IMG/VR virus record: IMGVR_UViG_3300035156_000156
Span: 508 to 64,507 of that record
Direction: 5' to 3' (one strand)
Length of the DNA stretch: 64,000 bases
Source: a virus
Lineage: Duplodnaviria; Caudoviricetes
The notes under the pieces were generated by a model. That model saw only the letters and a list, made by a program, of their open reading frames with translations, was not told the origin of the DNA and did no database searches. The position numbers were made by a program, and so were the translations under genes. Shown piece after piece: positions 37,549 to 47,604 of this stretch. How positions within the stretch are numbered: position 1 is the stretch's first letter; every line of letters starts with the position of its first letter.

Positions 37549-40500
37549 ATGCGCACCATCCATCTGCACGGCCGGCTAGGAACCAAGTTCGGCCGGAAGC
37601 ACAGCCTTGCCGTGTCGTCACCGGCCGAGGCGATGCGCGCCCTGTCGCACCTGCTGCCGGGCTTCTCGGCCTACGTCCGGGCGCGCAAGTACGCCGTGGC
37701 CGTTGGCGATGGCACGGTGATCGGCGAGCGACAGCTACGCATGCAACTGGCTGCTGGGCGCGACGTGCATATCGTGCCGGCCGGCGCGGCGTCGGGCATC
37801 GAAACGATCCTGTTGGGCGCGACCCTGCTGCTGACCGCAGTGGCGGCGGTGTCGGTGCTGTCGATGCCCAAGGCGGTAGCAGCATCGGCGCGCGAGGACG
37901 CGACCAAGACCGCCAGCTTCATTTTCGACGGCGCACAGAACAACAGCGAACAGGGCCACCCGGTGCCGCTGGTCTATGGCCAGATGCGCGTCGGCTCGAT
38001 CGTGGTCAGCGCAGGCATCAACACGTCAGACGCCAACGCGATGTCGCTCGGCACCAATCCGGCGAACCCGTACCTGTCGGGCACGTACAAGGATCGGGTG
38101 GGCATCACCGCCGGCTTCCTTAGCGGCAACAGCCGCGAATGGGTGGCGTTTGAAAAGGGCGGCAAGGGCGGCGGCGGGGGCACGACGCGAAGCGCGCAGG
38201 AAGACCCCAATTCGCTGCAATCGCAGGCCACGGCCAAGATCGTTGACCTTGTGTCGGAAGGCGAAATCGTCGGCTTGGTCAACGGCATGCAGTCGATCTA
38301 TTTCGACGGCACGCCACTGGCCAACCCGGACGGCACGTTCAACTTCGCCGGGGTCGCGGTCGAACAGCGGCTCGGACTGCCCGATCAGGAATTCATGCCG
38401 GGCTTTGCCGATACGGAGTTGACGCGACAGATCGGCACTGACGTGACGGCCAACGGCGGCCCGGTGACGCGCTCGATCGAGGACGGCGACGTGACCGTGG
38501 CGCGCGTCACGATCCGCCTGCCGCAACTGTTCCAGCAGGACACCACCAACGGCGACCTGAAACAGAGTTCGGTAGAGGTGGCCATATCGGTGCAGGCCGA
38601 TGGCGGCGGCTTCACCGAGATTGTGCGGTCGCAGTTCGTGGGCAAAACGAACAGCCCCTATCAGCGCAGCTTCGACATTCGTTTGCCCAACGGCACGACG
38701 CGCGACGTGCGCGTGACGCGCATCACGCCCGACAGCGATGTGGCCAGCCTACAGAACGACACCGTTTTCGACCTGCTGACCGAGGTGGTGGAGGCCAAGC
38801 TATCCTACCCGGACAGCGCCCTGTTCGGCCTGACCGTGGACGCCAAGCAGTTCGGGACGAACATTCAGGGCCGGGCCTACGAAATCAAGGGCCTGATCAT
38901 TGAAGTGCCGAGCAACTATAACCCGGTGACGCGGGCCTATAGCGGCATATGGGACGGCACGTTCAAGCGCGCGTGGACTGACAATCCGGCGTGGGTGTTC
39001 CGCGATATTCTCGTCAGCCGTCGATATGGCCTCGGCGCTCGCATCCCTGAAAGCGCGATCGACAAGTGGGGCCTGTACGCAATCGCGCAGTATTGCGACG
39101 GCATGGTGCCCGACGGATTCGGCGGCACGGAACCGCGCTATACGATCAACTGCGCCATCACGAACCCGGCCAGCGCCTACGACCTGCTGGCATCGATCGC
39201 GTCGAACTTCCGTGGCTGGGCCTATTGGGGTTCGGGCACCGTCATGGCGGTGCAGGATCGCCCGGAAGACCCTAGCATCCTTGTGACGCCATCGAACGTG
39301 GTGGACGGCCAGATCAGCTATGGCCGCATCACGCCGCTGGAAAAGCGCCGTTCGGTTGCCGTGGTCTACTGGAACGACCCCGACGACGGCTACAAGCTGG
39401 CCCCCGAAATCTACGAAGAACCCGCGTTGATCCGTCGATTCGGCCGGCGCACCGGCGAGGAAGTCACCGCGTTCGGTGTCACCCGCCGGGGCCATGCGCA
39501 CCGCTTCGCGCGGTGGCTGATCGAGGACGAGTCACAGGCCAGCAACGCAAGCGCCTCCTATCAGGTCGGCGACGATCACGCCTTCGCCGAGCCGGGCCGC
39601 ATCGCGACGATCGCCGACCCGATGTACAGCAGCCTGCGCCGCGGCGGGCGCGTCCGGGTCGCGACCACCACATCGGTGGAACTCGACGCCCCGGTGACGA
39701 TCGCCAACGGGCAGCAATACTTGCTGCGCGTCATGTTGCCCGATGGCACTGTGCAGCGCCGCGCCGTGTTCCCACAGCCGGGGCAATCGGTGGTGATGCC
39801 GATCACCGCGCCGCTGTCGCTCGCGCCGAAGCCGGGCGCTGTCTGGACGCTGGAAACCGACGCGGTGGCCAACCGCCAGTTCCGCATCCGGGCGCTGACC
39901 ACCACCGCCGCGCCGTACAGCGTACAGGGACAGCTATACGATCCGACCAAGTACGAACGGGTTGAACTGGACCGCGACATCAGTTCGCCGAACTATCTGG
40001 GCGTGCCGCAGGGCGGGCTTGGCCTGCCACGCAACCTGTACGCATTCGAGTTCCTGTTCCCCAACGGCACCGCCTCGGTCCCTGCGGTGCAGATGGGGTG
40101 GCAGCATCCCGACGATCCGCGCGTGCTGTACTATCAGGCGCAGGTTCAGCGCCCCGGCGGGCAGTGGGAAGCTGCCGGCGACTCGAGCGACTCCACCCGC
40201 GTCATCCGGCCGGCCGAGCCGGGCAGTTGGGGCTTCCGGGTGCGCTCGCTCGATGCGCTGGGCAACAAAACCGCGTGGGTGCAGATCACCGCGCCGCTTG
40301 ACGGCCAAGTCGATCTGATCCCCAACCCATACGATCTGACGCTGAACGTCAGCGAAGACGCGGGGATTGCGGCGCTCGTGTGGACCCCGCCTATCGACTT
40401 CCGCCCGCTGCGGTTCGAAATCATGTACAACATCGCCGACGATTATGCCGGGGCGGCCTCGCTCGGCATCGTGGACGGTGCCAGCTTCGTGGTTATCGAA

Positions 40501-43395
40501 ACCGGCTTCTATTGGGTGCGGTCAACCTTCCTCGGCTACACGTCAAGCACGCCGCCATCGGCGTCAGTGTCGGCCGCCGACCTCCCCAGCGGCATCTTCG
40601 CCGCGGCGCTCGACGCGATCACGAATGACGCCATTCTGTCGGGCAAAGAGAAGCGCCGGACGAAGGCCGACCGCGATGCGTTGCAGGCCGACGCCAACGC
40701 GCTTTATGTCCAGTATCTGGCACTGGGATCGCCCACCGACATCGCCGACGAAATCGCGGCGCAGGACGCCGCGCTGATCGGCCTCGATAATTATCTGGCG
40801 ACGATCGCGCCAAGCTGGGTGGACTTCACCCAGCCCTCGCCAATCGTGCCTGCGGACTATGCGACGGCGTTCCTGAACGCCCGCGACAAGGTGGCCAAGC
40901 TGAACGCGGCGATCACCGGCCGCCCCGGTGCCAACGGGGCCAGCACGTTCACGCTGACGCCGATCAATGCGACGGCGGTGGGCGTCGATAGCGTGCGCCC
41001 GCTTAACCCGGCGAATGATGAATGGTCGGGCAAAGCCCAAACGGTGCAAGGCTACAAACAGGCCGCGGTTTCGGGATACATGACCGTCAACGCGGGTTTC
41101 GGCCTCACGACGGACCCGCTCGCAAATACTAGCTTCGACACCGTCGATTATTGGTTCCACCGATCGGCAAATGGCAGCTTGAATGTTTACCGCAACGGCG
41201 CATTTATTCTGTCACTCCCTGACGATGAAGCCGGCACGCCAGACACTCCATCGGGACCGTTTCAGGTGGTCGCCGACGGTAAGACGGTGCGGTATCTATA
41301 CAAGGGCGTTGAACGCTACAGCCATGAGGTAAATCCCGGCGACGGCCCCCTGTTCGGCGTCTTCAATTTTGCCAACATGATCAGCCGCCCACAAGTGCGC
41401 ATTGATCGCGTCACCTTCGCATCGGCGGGGCAAGCCGGCAGCAGCGCGTTCAACCTGATCGCATATGGCGGCGGCAGGCTCTTGAGCAGCAACAGCGTGG
41501 CCAAGCAAAGCGGCGTGCAAGGCGTATCGGACTCCGGTGCTTACTCCTTGGAAGGCTGGCGCGGCGGTTGCCAATTGTCGTTTGTCACGATGCCGGGCTG
41601 GTACACCGCAGGCGGGTTGAACGACTCGCCCGGCGCATCGACCAACTTAGAAGACATCGACTTCGCTTGGCATTGCGTGCCCAACGGCAACGCTAACGAC
41701 CTTCAAATCTTCGAAAACGGTCAGTATATCGGCAGTTATGGCTTCGTTGGTGGCCCCGTGCGGCTTGCCATCATCTATAACAACAAGACCGTGCGCTACC
41801 TGCTTGACGGTGCAACGGTACGCGAGGTTCCGACGACTGCCGATCGGCTGTTCTATTTTGACAGCAGCATCTGGACGCTGGGTTCGCGGCTGGATCAGAT
41901 CGCATTTGCCTCGGCCGGTGCCGCTGGTGCCAGCGCGATCGTGGCGCAGCTTACCAACGGCACGCACACCCTGCCGGCCAATTACTATGGCATGGTCAGC
42001 AGCTATGCCGGCGCATCGACCGATGTGGTGGTGTTCGACGGCGCGCAGGACGTGTCGGCCGATTACGTGCTGTCCACCGCACCGGGCGGCAATCCGCAGT
42101 CGCTGTTCGTCAGCTACTCGGGCCGCACTGCCACCGTCACAGGCGGCTTTGACGCTTCTGAGGACGTGGCATCGCTGACGATCCGCGCCACCGGCACCGG
42201 GCTGCATGCCGGGCAGCCGCCAATTGATCGCGTGTTCAGCCTGTCGAAGTCGAAGGGCGGGCTGGATGGGTCGCAAGGTGCCCTGATCAGCCTTTCTGCC
42301 AGCGCGATCACCGCGCGCTACAATGCTGATGACCAGTATGTCGGCAGCGGCATCACTTTTGTGGCTAACAGGCAGAACACCAACTCGCCGACCGCGTGGC
42401 GGCTGTTCAGCAATGCGGGCGACTCCATATTCGGCTACGCTCAAGCCGCCGATTTCGTCGCGGCTGAACCTACGTATTGGAGTTCTACCGGAAACGACAA
42501 TCTGACGCTGACGCCTGTCGGGGTCGATTTTCACATGGATACTTATGGCAACGGCATCTCGCTTGCTGCGGCGATTTCCGGCACCTCTATCATCGACACG
42601 GCTTCAATTTCAAAGGTCAAGGATGGCACCAACGGCGAAAACGGTCTGCCCGGTGCCGACGGCTTCATTGTGGACACCGAGACGGTGGCCTTCGTGCAGC
42701 CGGTGTTTTCGAGCGGTGCCAACAAGCCTTCGTGGACCGGGGGTTCGGGCACCATCCGGCTGACCAAGGGAAAGTCGCGCATCACCAGCGGCGTGACCTA
42801 TGCCGTGCTGACCATCGTCAACATCGCCAGCCTGTCGCTGGCTGGCGACACGTTCAGCTTCGCCGGCACGAACTCGGACAAGGGCAGCTTCACGATCCGC
42901 GCGATGTACGACGGCGTTGCCTACGATCGCACTGTGACCGTCACCAAGGTGGCCGACGGCGAAGCCGCGTTCCGGGGTTCGACGGTGCTGGGCGTGCAGA
43001 GTGTCGGCGCTGGCGTGGTATCGATGGGCAACGCGACCACGACGGTGCCGGGCGGTCGCGGCTGCACCCTGTCGGCGGTGGTCAACTATGACTTCACCAC
43101 CAATCAGACGAGCGATTATGTCGGCCGGCTGCACCTATATTGGCGAAATGCCACCGACAACGGACCGCTGAACTACCTTGGCTTTCAGGACGGCTCGGCA
43201 GCGGGTGTCTTCAACGCGGGCACGGTTGAAGAACCGCAATATGTGCGCACGCCGGGCACGGTCAGCGCCAGCTTTGCTTTCCAATCGCCGACCGCAGATA
43301 AGGCGATTTACTTCGAGGCGAGGATTGAGCGCATAGCCGGCGGCGGCGGCAATGCTCGGGCATCGGGGTCGATGAAGTTGGAGGTGTCGTCGTGA
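37549..43395 (+). CDS. Fusion of tail assembly protein I and central tail fibre / host-specificity protein J
   Basis: MRTIHLHGRLG.KFG...QGHPVPLVYG (gpI); KGGKGGGG, DLVSEGEIVGL, WDGTFKRAWTDNPAW (gpJ); FN3-like and repeat domains. Confidence 0.92.
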   Translation: MRTIHLHGRLGTKFGRKHSLAVSSPAEAMRALSHLLPGFSAYVRARKYAVAVGDGTVIGERQLRMQLAAGRDVHIVPAGAASGIETILLGATLLLTAVAAVSVLSMPKAVAASAREDATKTASFIFDGAQNNSEQGHPVPLVYGQMRVGSIVVSAGINTSDANAMSLGTNPANPYLSGTYKDRVGITAGFLSGNSREWVAFEKGGKGGGGGTTRSAQEDPNSLQSQATAKIVDLVSEGEIVGLVNGMQSIYFDGTPLANPDGTFNFAGVAVEQRLGLPDQEFMPGFADTELTRQIGTDVTANGGPVTRSIEDGDVTVARVTIRLPQLFQQDTTNGDLKQSSVEVAISVQADGGGFTEIVRSQFVGKTNSPYQRSFDIRLPNGTTRDVRVTRITPDSDVASLQNDTVFDLLTEVVEAKLSYPDSALFGLTVDAKQFGTNIQGRAYEIKGLIIEVPSNYNPVTRAYSGIWDGTFKRAWTDNPAWVFRDILVSRRYGLGARIPESAIDKWGLYAIAQYCDGMVPDGFGGTEPRYTINCAITNPASAYDLLASIASNFRGWAYWGSGTVMAVQDRPEDPSILVTPSNVVDGQISYGRITPLEKRRSVAVVYWNDPDDGYKLAPEIYEEPALIRRFGRRTGEEVTAFGVTRRGHAHRFARWLIEDESQASNASASYQVGDDHAFAEPGRIATIADPMYSSLRRGGRVRVATTTSVELDAPVTIANGQQYLLRVMLPDGTVQRRAVFPQPGQSVVMPITAPLSLAPKPGAVWTLETDAVANRQFRIRALTTTAAPYSVQGQLYDPTKYERVELDRDISSPNYLGVPQGGLGLPRNLYAFEFLFPNGTASVPAVQMGWQHPDDPRVLYYQAQVQRPGGQWEAAGDSSDSTRVIRPAEPGSWGFRVRSLDALGNKTAWVQITAPLDGQVDLIPNPYDLTLNVSEDAGIAALVWTPPIDFRPLRFEIMYNIADDYAGAASLGIVDGASFVVIETGFYWVRSTFLGYTSSTPPSASVSAADLPSGIFAAALDAITNDAILSGKEKRRTKADRDALQADANALYVQYLALGSPTDIADEIAAQDAALIGLDNYLATIAPSWVDFTQPSPIVPADYATAFLNARDKVAKLNAAITGRPGANGASTFTLTPINATAVGVDSVRPLNPANDEWSGKAQTVQGYKQAAVSGYMTVNAGFGLTTDPLANTSFDTVDYWFHRSANGSLNVYRNGAFILSLPDDEAGTPDTPSGPFQVVADGKTVRYLYKGVERYSHEVNPGDGPLFGVFNFANMISRPQVRIDRVTFASAGQAGSSAFNLIAYGGGRLLSSNSVAKQSGVQGVSDSGAYSLEGWRGGCQLSFVTMPGWYTAGGLNDSPGASTNLEDIDFAWHCVPNGNANDLQIFENGQYIGSYGFVGGPVRLAIIYNNKTVRYLLDGATVREVPTTADRLFYFDSSIWTLGSRLDQIAFASAGAAGASAIVAQLTNGTHTLPANYYGMVSSYAGASTDVVVFDGAQDVSADYVLSTAPGGNPQSLFVSYSGRTATVTGGFDASEDVASLTIRATGTGLHAGQPPIDRVFSLSKSKGGLDGSQGALISLSASAITARYNADDQYVGSGITFVANRQNTNSPTAWRLFSNAGDSIFGYAQAADFVAAEPTYWSSTGNDNLTLTPVGVDFHMDTYGNGISLAAAISGTSIIDTASISKVKDGTNGENGLPGADGFIVDTETVAFVQPVFSSGANKPSWTGGSGTIRLTKGKSRITSGVTYAVLTIVNIASLSLAGDTFSFAGTNSDKGSFTIRAMYDGVAYDRTVTVTKVADGEAAFRGSTVLGVQSVGAGVVSMGNATTTVPGGRGCTLSAVVNYDFTTNQTSDYVGRLHLYWRNATDNGPLNYLGFQDGSAAGVFNAGTVEEPQYVRTPGTVSASFAFQSPTADKAIYFEARIERIAGGGGNARASGSMKLEVSS

Positions 43396-43934
43396 TCGAT
43401 CCGGTGGCGGTATTTCGGCAGGACAACGGCAAGCTGGTGCATATCTGCGGCTTGCACCTTGCGCCTGCCGACGACAATTCCGAGTTCGGTCACTCGCCGG
43501 TGCCCGATGATTACAGCGACGAAACGCACGATTGGGACGCGGAAGCGCGGCAGTTCAAGGTCAGCATCGACCGCCTGCGCATCCGGCAGTGGGAAGCGGT
43601 CAAGGCGCGCAAAACACTGGCCGAGGACAGCGGCGTCACCACCGATCAGGGCCGCGTGCAGACGGACCCGGACAGCCGCGGCAAGATTACAGGAATGGTG
43701 GTCATGGCCATGTTAGCGCAGTCTACTGGTGCCCCGTTCGAACAGAACTTCCTGATGGAGAACGATAGGCCAGTGCTGGTCGATGCGGGGGGCATGATCG
43801 GCATCGGCCTCGCCGCCGGGCTGCACGTCGTAAACTGTCACGCGGTCGCGCAGGCCAAGCGTGCGCAAATCTGGGCAGCTACGGACGCCGCGGCGATCGA
43901 GGCGGTGGGCGTTGACGACGGGTGGCCAGAATGA
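43392..43934 (+). CDS. DUF4376-like tail-associated protein
   Basis: VQTDPDSRGKITG...HV..CH...KR.QI.AA. Confidence 0.7.
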   Translation: MIDPVAVFRQDNGKLVHICGLHLAPADDNSEFGHSPVPDDYSDETHDWDAEARQFKVSIDRLRIRQWEAVKARKTLAEDSGVTTDQGRVQTDPDSRGKITGMVVMAMLAQSTGAPFEQNFLMENDRPVLVDAGGMIGIGLAAGLHVVNCHAVAQAKRAQIWAATDAAAIEAVGVDDGWPE

Positions 43935-44212
43935 AGCGGCTCGGCGAATGGTTGGTGCAGGTCGGCATCGCGATCGACCAGCTTGTCTATGTGCTGGTAG
44001 CGGGTCCGTTCTATTGGCTGCTGCGCCGCGGCATCTGCCCGTCGGCCGACGAGACGATCAGTTCGCGCGTCGGGCGCGCCGCGCAGGAGGGCAAGCGGTG
44101 GGGCATCGTGCTGGAATGGGTGATCGACCATTCGTTCATGCTGTTCGGCAGTAAGCCCGGCCATTGCCAACGCGCGATCGAAACCGCCTTCTTAGGGATG
44201 GCCCCCAAATAA
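43931..44212 (+). CDS. Conserved phage protein (DETISSR family)
   Basis: IAIDQL...DETISSRVGR...HC..A motif. Confidence 0.75.
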   Translation: MKRLGEWLVQVGIAIDQLVYVLVAGPFYWLLRRGICPSADETISSRVGRAAQEGKRWGIVLEWVIDHSFMLFGSKPGHCQRAIETAFLGMAPK

Positions 44213-44305
44213 GGGCGCGCGCGCGCAACGGCTTTCCCGCCCGCCCCTTTTCATCTACTTGGGCGTTGGGCAGCAGGGACGTGAAATGCAAAGGGCTACA
44301 GCACG

Positions 44306-44893
44306 ATGCTGACCATACTGAACATGATGTCAGTGGCCCCGGTGGTCATCAACACGGCTGCAAGCCCGTTCCCGCCTAGCTTCGATAACAATCCAATGGT
44401 GTTCGCTTGGGCGCTGTTCGCGCGCATGCTGGTGTTCAGCTTGGCGTCGGCCACAGTCGTCAAGATCATGGCCCGCAACGCCGCCGAGAGGTTGCCGACA
44501 AACCACCCGGTTTATTATCATCGCTTGGTCATGATGTGCTTCCTGTGGACCGCCATCATGGGGTCCAGCAGCGACGTGATGACTTATCTGTTCTGGGGTG
44601 AAGCGTCGGTGGAAACCACCAGTTTCATCTTGCTGCTATGCCGCGTGATCGACGCCTGCACCATGGCTCCGTTCGTGATGGCCTTGTTCGTTCCGGTGTG
44701 GATGCGGTGGCTGCGCAATGCCGGTTGGGTACGATTCCAGCCGACGATCGTTCTAAATGGCGTCATCAATGACGTTCGGGTCACGTGGACTTCGGCCACC
44801 ATACCCCTTCAACTTCTAACCTACAGCTTGATCGCCAGCGGCATGGTGACGGTCGGCAAGTATCTGCTGTGGGTAGAGCATGCACTTAGATAG
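44306..44893 (+). CDS. Multi-pass membrane protein in the lysis region
   Basis: About four hydrophobic helices. Confidence 0.7.
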   Translation: MLTILNMMSVAPVVINTAASPFPPSFDNNPMVFAWALFARMLVFSLASATVVKIMARNAAERLPTNHPVYYHRLVMMCFLWTAIMGSSSDVMTYLFWGEASVETTSFILLLCRVIDACTMAPFVMALFVPVWMRWLRNAGWVRFQPTIVLNGVINDVRVTWTSATIPLQLLTYSLIASGMVTVGKYLLWVEHALR

Positions 44894-45260
44894 CCTCGGC
44901 CGGATCGCCGCAAACGCCGCCACTGTTGCCCTGCCCGCGATAGTCCCGGCCACGATCCCTGCATGGGGTCCACCTGCCATCGAACTGTTCGGCGTCAACA
45001 TTCCGATCGCCAGCATGGCCCTGTCTATGATCGGGCTGATGATGGCGCGCGGGGTCAGCGCAGCGCGCGAGGGGCCATCACCGGGCGGTCGCTACCTGAC
45101 CGGCACGCTAATGCTGATCGTGTTCGCGCTGGTGGTCGAACGCCAGCCCGGCCCCGGCGTAGCAATCGCGTGGGGCGTCGGCGTCGGGGCCTCGGGCATC
45201 CTGCTGTTCGATCTGTTGAAGGATCGGGTGCTGATGCTGTTCGGCAAGTGGAAGGACTGA
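44880..45260 (+). CDS. Putative holin
   Basis: Three hydrophobic segments and a charged C-terminus; directly before the endolysin. Confidence 0.6.
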   Translation: MHLDSLGRIAANAATVALPAIVPATIPAWGPPAIELFGVNIPIASMALSMIGLMMARGVSAAREGPSPGGRYLTGTLMLIVFALVVERQPGPGVAIAWGVGVGASGILLFDLLKDRVLMLFGKWKD

Positions 45261-45308
45261 CACGCCCAGCCGGGTGTGCTACGCCGCGCGCCTGAAAAGG
45301 GGCGGGCC

Positions 45309-46028
45309 ATGAAGCTGAAAGAGTGGCAGAAGTATCTAAAGGACACCGGCCGCTATAGCGGGCGCGTCGATGACATACCCGGCATGTTGACCGATGCGGC
45401 CACCCTGCTGGCGCTGACCGATGGCCCGGACACCGCGCTGAAACTGGACGACTTTGCCGCGGCGGGTCGCGAATTGAAGGTCGCCCCGCCTGCCATTCGC
45501 GCGTTCTGGAAGGTCGAAGCGAACGGCGCGGGGTTCCAGAACGGCCTTCCGAAAATCCTTCCCGAGCCGCACAGGTTCAGCCGCAACACCGCCCGGCTGT
45601 TCGACAACAGCAACCCGGTGCTGTCCTATCCGGTGTGGGGCACCCGGCCCTACCCGGCTGCGCAGGACGATCGCTACCGCATGCTGCTGGCGTGGATCAG
45701 GTTGCTGCACAGCCGAGGCATGGACATTGACGCGGCGTTCGCCTCGGCCAGCTACGGCGCGCCGCAGATCATGGGCGAGAACTTCAAGGCGTGCGACTAT
45801 CCTAGCGCGCCGATGTTCGCGGTGGCCATGGCTCGCGACGAGAAGACGCAACTGGATGCGTTCATGGCGTTCGTGGAAAGCGCGGGCATCCTGCCGCACC
45901 TGCGCCGGGTCGATCGCACGCCGAAATCGTGGGAGCCGGTGGCGTCGCGGTACAACGGCACGGGGTTTCGGATCAATTCGTACCATACGAAGATGGCCAC
46001 GGCGTACGTGTCGTACGGCGGCAAGTAG
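45309..46028 (+). CDS. Endolysin, N-acetylmuramidase (DUF3380) with N-terminal PG-binding segment
   Basis: WQKYL...Y.G.VD..PG.LT; KVEANGAGF, KILPEPHRF, SASYGAPQIMGEN, YNG. Confidence 0.9.
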   Translation: MKLKEWQKYLKDTGRYSGRVDDIPGMLTDAATLLALTDGPDTALKLDDFAAAGRELKVAPPAIRAFWKVEANGAGFQNGLPKILPEPHRFSRNTARLFDNSNPVLSYPVWGTRPYPAAQDDRYRMLLAWIRLLHSRGMDIDAAFASASYGAPQIMGENFKACDYPSAPMFAVAMARDEKTQLDAFMAFVESAGILPHLRRVDRTPKSWEPVASRYNGTGFRINSYHTKMATAYVSYGGK

Positions 46029-46036
46029 GAGGCAAC

Positions 46037-46351
46037 ATGGACCCGTTTACCCTGATTCCAATGGTGGCCGATCAGCTTGGCATCCCGCCCAGCAGCTTGG
46101 TGTTCTACCTGTTCGTGCTTTCCGGCTTGGCCAACGTGACGGCCCGGCTGATCCCCGACGACGCCACCGGCTGGAAAGCCACGGTGCGCAAGGTCGCCTC
46201 GATCGTGGGCGTGTACGTCAGCAGCCGCGTCACCAGCGGCGTGACGGTCAACGATGTGGCAAAGGCCGCGCTGGAAACCCCGCCGATTCCGCAACGGGTC
46301 GCGGCCGACACCGACCAACCCGTTGCCGCCGTGCAACCGAACAAGGAGTGA
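46037..46351 (+). CDS. Membrane protein (second holin or i-spanin candidate)
   Basis: AGGAGG RBS; hydrophobic segments. Confidence 0.65.
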   Translation: MDPFTLIPMVADQLGIPPSSLVFYLFVLSGLANVTARLIPDDATGWKATVRKVASIVGVYVSSRVTSGVTVNDVAKAALETPPIPQRVAADTDQPVAAVQPNKE

Positions 46352-46356
46352 CCACC

Positions 46357-46770
46357 ATGTACCGACGCTTATTGATCGCCGCCTGCGCCCTGTCGCTCGC
46401 GTCGTGCGGCGACCGCCTGCCGCTGGGCAGCGCGGGCAGTGCCGCAGCCGTGGCGGCCGACGCCGCCGGTGTGCCGCCGCCCGTCACCGTCGCCGATCGC
46501 ACGCTGCTTGACGAGAAGGTCGCGACCACCGCCACCGTTTCCTACAGCGCAGCGTCGCGGCTCGGCGCGCGGCTGGCGAAGGCCGGCTTGATCGACAAGG
46601 CCCGCTTCAAGGCGCTGGACAATCAGGGCTTCGAAGCCGTGCTTGCGCTGGAAAAGGCGTATCGCGCTGCCAACGCCGCCAGCTTCCGCGCCGCGCTCGA
46701 TCAGATCAATGCCGCTGTCGCCAGCATCAACGGGCTGCTTGGCCCGGTGATCACCCCCGCCCCCAAGTAG
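46357..46770 (+). CDS. Lipoprotein (spanin candidate)
   Basis: MYRRLLIAACALSLASC lipobox; AAGGAG RBS. Confidence 0.75.
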   Translation: MYRRLLIAACALSLASCGDRLPLGSAGSAAAVAADAAGVPPPVTVADRTLLDEKVATTATVSYSAASRLGARLAKAGLIDKARFKALDNQGFEAVLALEKAYRAANAASFRAALDQINAAVASINGLLGPVITPAPK

Positions 46771-46780
46771 GAGAAGCCCC

Positions 46781-46960
46781 TTGCTGACTGCCCTTCTGAA
46801 CACCGTGCTGCTGGTCGGTTCCGACCTGCCGGCGTACAAGGCCCTGTTCGATCAAGTCGTGGATATGCTGTCCGAGGACGATCAGGCCACCGCCAAGGAA
46901 GCCTACGAAAAGGCATTGGCTGACGCGCACACGGCACATCGCGACGCGCAGGCGATTTAA
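46781..46960 (+). CDS. Small helical protein (below the ORF-track threshold)
   Basis: AGGAG RBS, TTG start, 59 aa (LTALLNTVLLVGSDLPAYKALF...). Confidence 0.55.
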   Translation: MLTALLNTVLLVGSDLPAYKALFDQVVDMLSEDDQATAKEAYEKALADAHTAHRDAQAI

Positions 46961-46978
46961 GCCGCAGCAAACGCCATT

Positions 46979-47013
46979 GGGGGCGGTTCCGCATCATCGG
47001 GGCCGCCCCTTAT
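46979..47013 (+). terminator. Terminator at the end of the late operon
   Basis: GGGGCGGTTCCG-CATCAT-CGGGGCCGCCCC followed by TTAT. Confidence 0.6.
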
Positions 47014-47208
47014 GCTGTCTGGCGTGGCGAGCCTTATCTAATACCCGCTTTATGCGCATATCGAACCGGGGCTTGCGGGACCTGACGGGGCCGCGGCGGG
47101 GCCTGTGCCCCATAAAAATGGCCGCCGGGTCGCCCCGACGGCCAGTTGATGCAATCCCACCCAAGGGCTGCGCAAGCGCGATATAGCGGGGCACCCGCCC
47201 ATTGTCAC

Positions 47209-47604
47209 CTATGGCTCGGTGTCCCACCCGAACAGCTTGTCGATCGCGGCAACATCGATTCGGCCTTCGTCGGCACCGCGCCGGGCGCGCGTCACCATGG
47301 CAGCCCAGAACCTGTCGAAGCGCAGCAGCAGCGCGTCGTCCCAACCGTGCCGCTTGGCCTGCCGGAAAAACCGATGATAGGCGCGCCGGGCCGCAGATCG
47401 CGGCGGCACGTGGGCGCGCCAGTGGGTCGCGCACAGCCATTGATCGTCGGCCAGTGCACCGCCCGGCGCGGCGGTGGTGCGGGTGCAGCCCTCGATCGCA
47501 CACGGGTTGCGCTTGGTGTGCGCCACGCACCGCGCGCTGTCGCGCTCGCCATAGCCCTGCCCTGCCCCACAGCATCGGCATGCAAAGGGCTGTCCGGTAA
47601 TCAC
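47209..47604 (-). CDS. Cys-rich hypothetical protein
   Basis: CRCC, CAIEGC, LCATHWR motifs; GTGA coupling. Confidence 0.65.
   Translation of the reverse strand: MITGQPFACRCCGAGQGYGERDSARCVAHTKRNPCAIEGCTRTTAAPGGALADDQWLCATHWRAHVPPRSAARRAYHRFFRQAKRHGWDDALLLRFDRFWAAMVTRARRGADEGRIDVAAIDKLFGWDTEP

Noticed and set aside
37549-43395. Diversity-generating retroelement or invertible tail-fibre cassette
   Set aside because: No reverse transcriptase or invertase, and no TR/VR pair differing at adenines was seen
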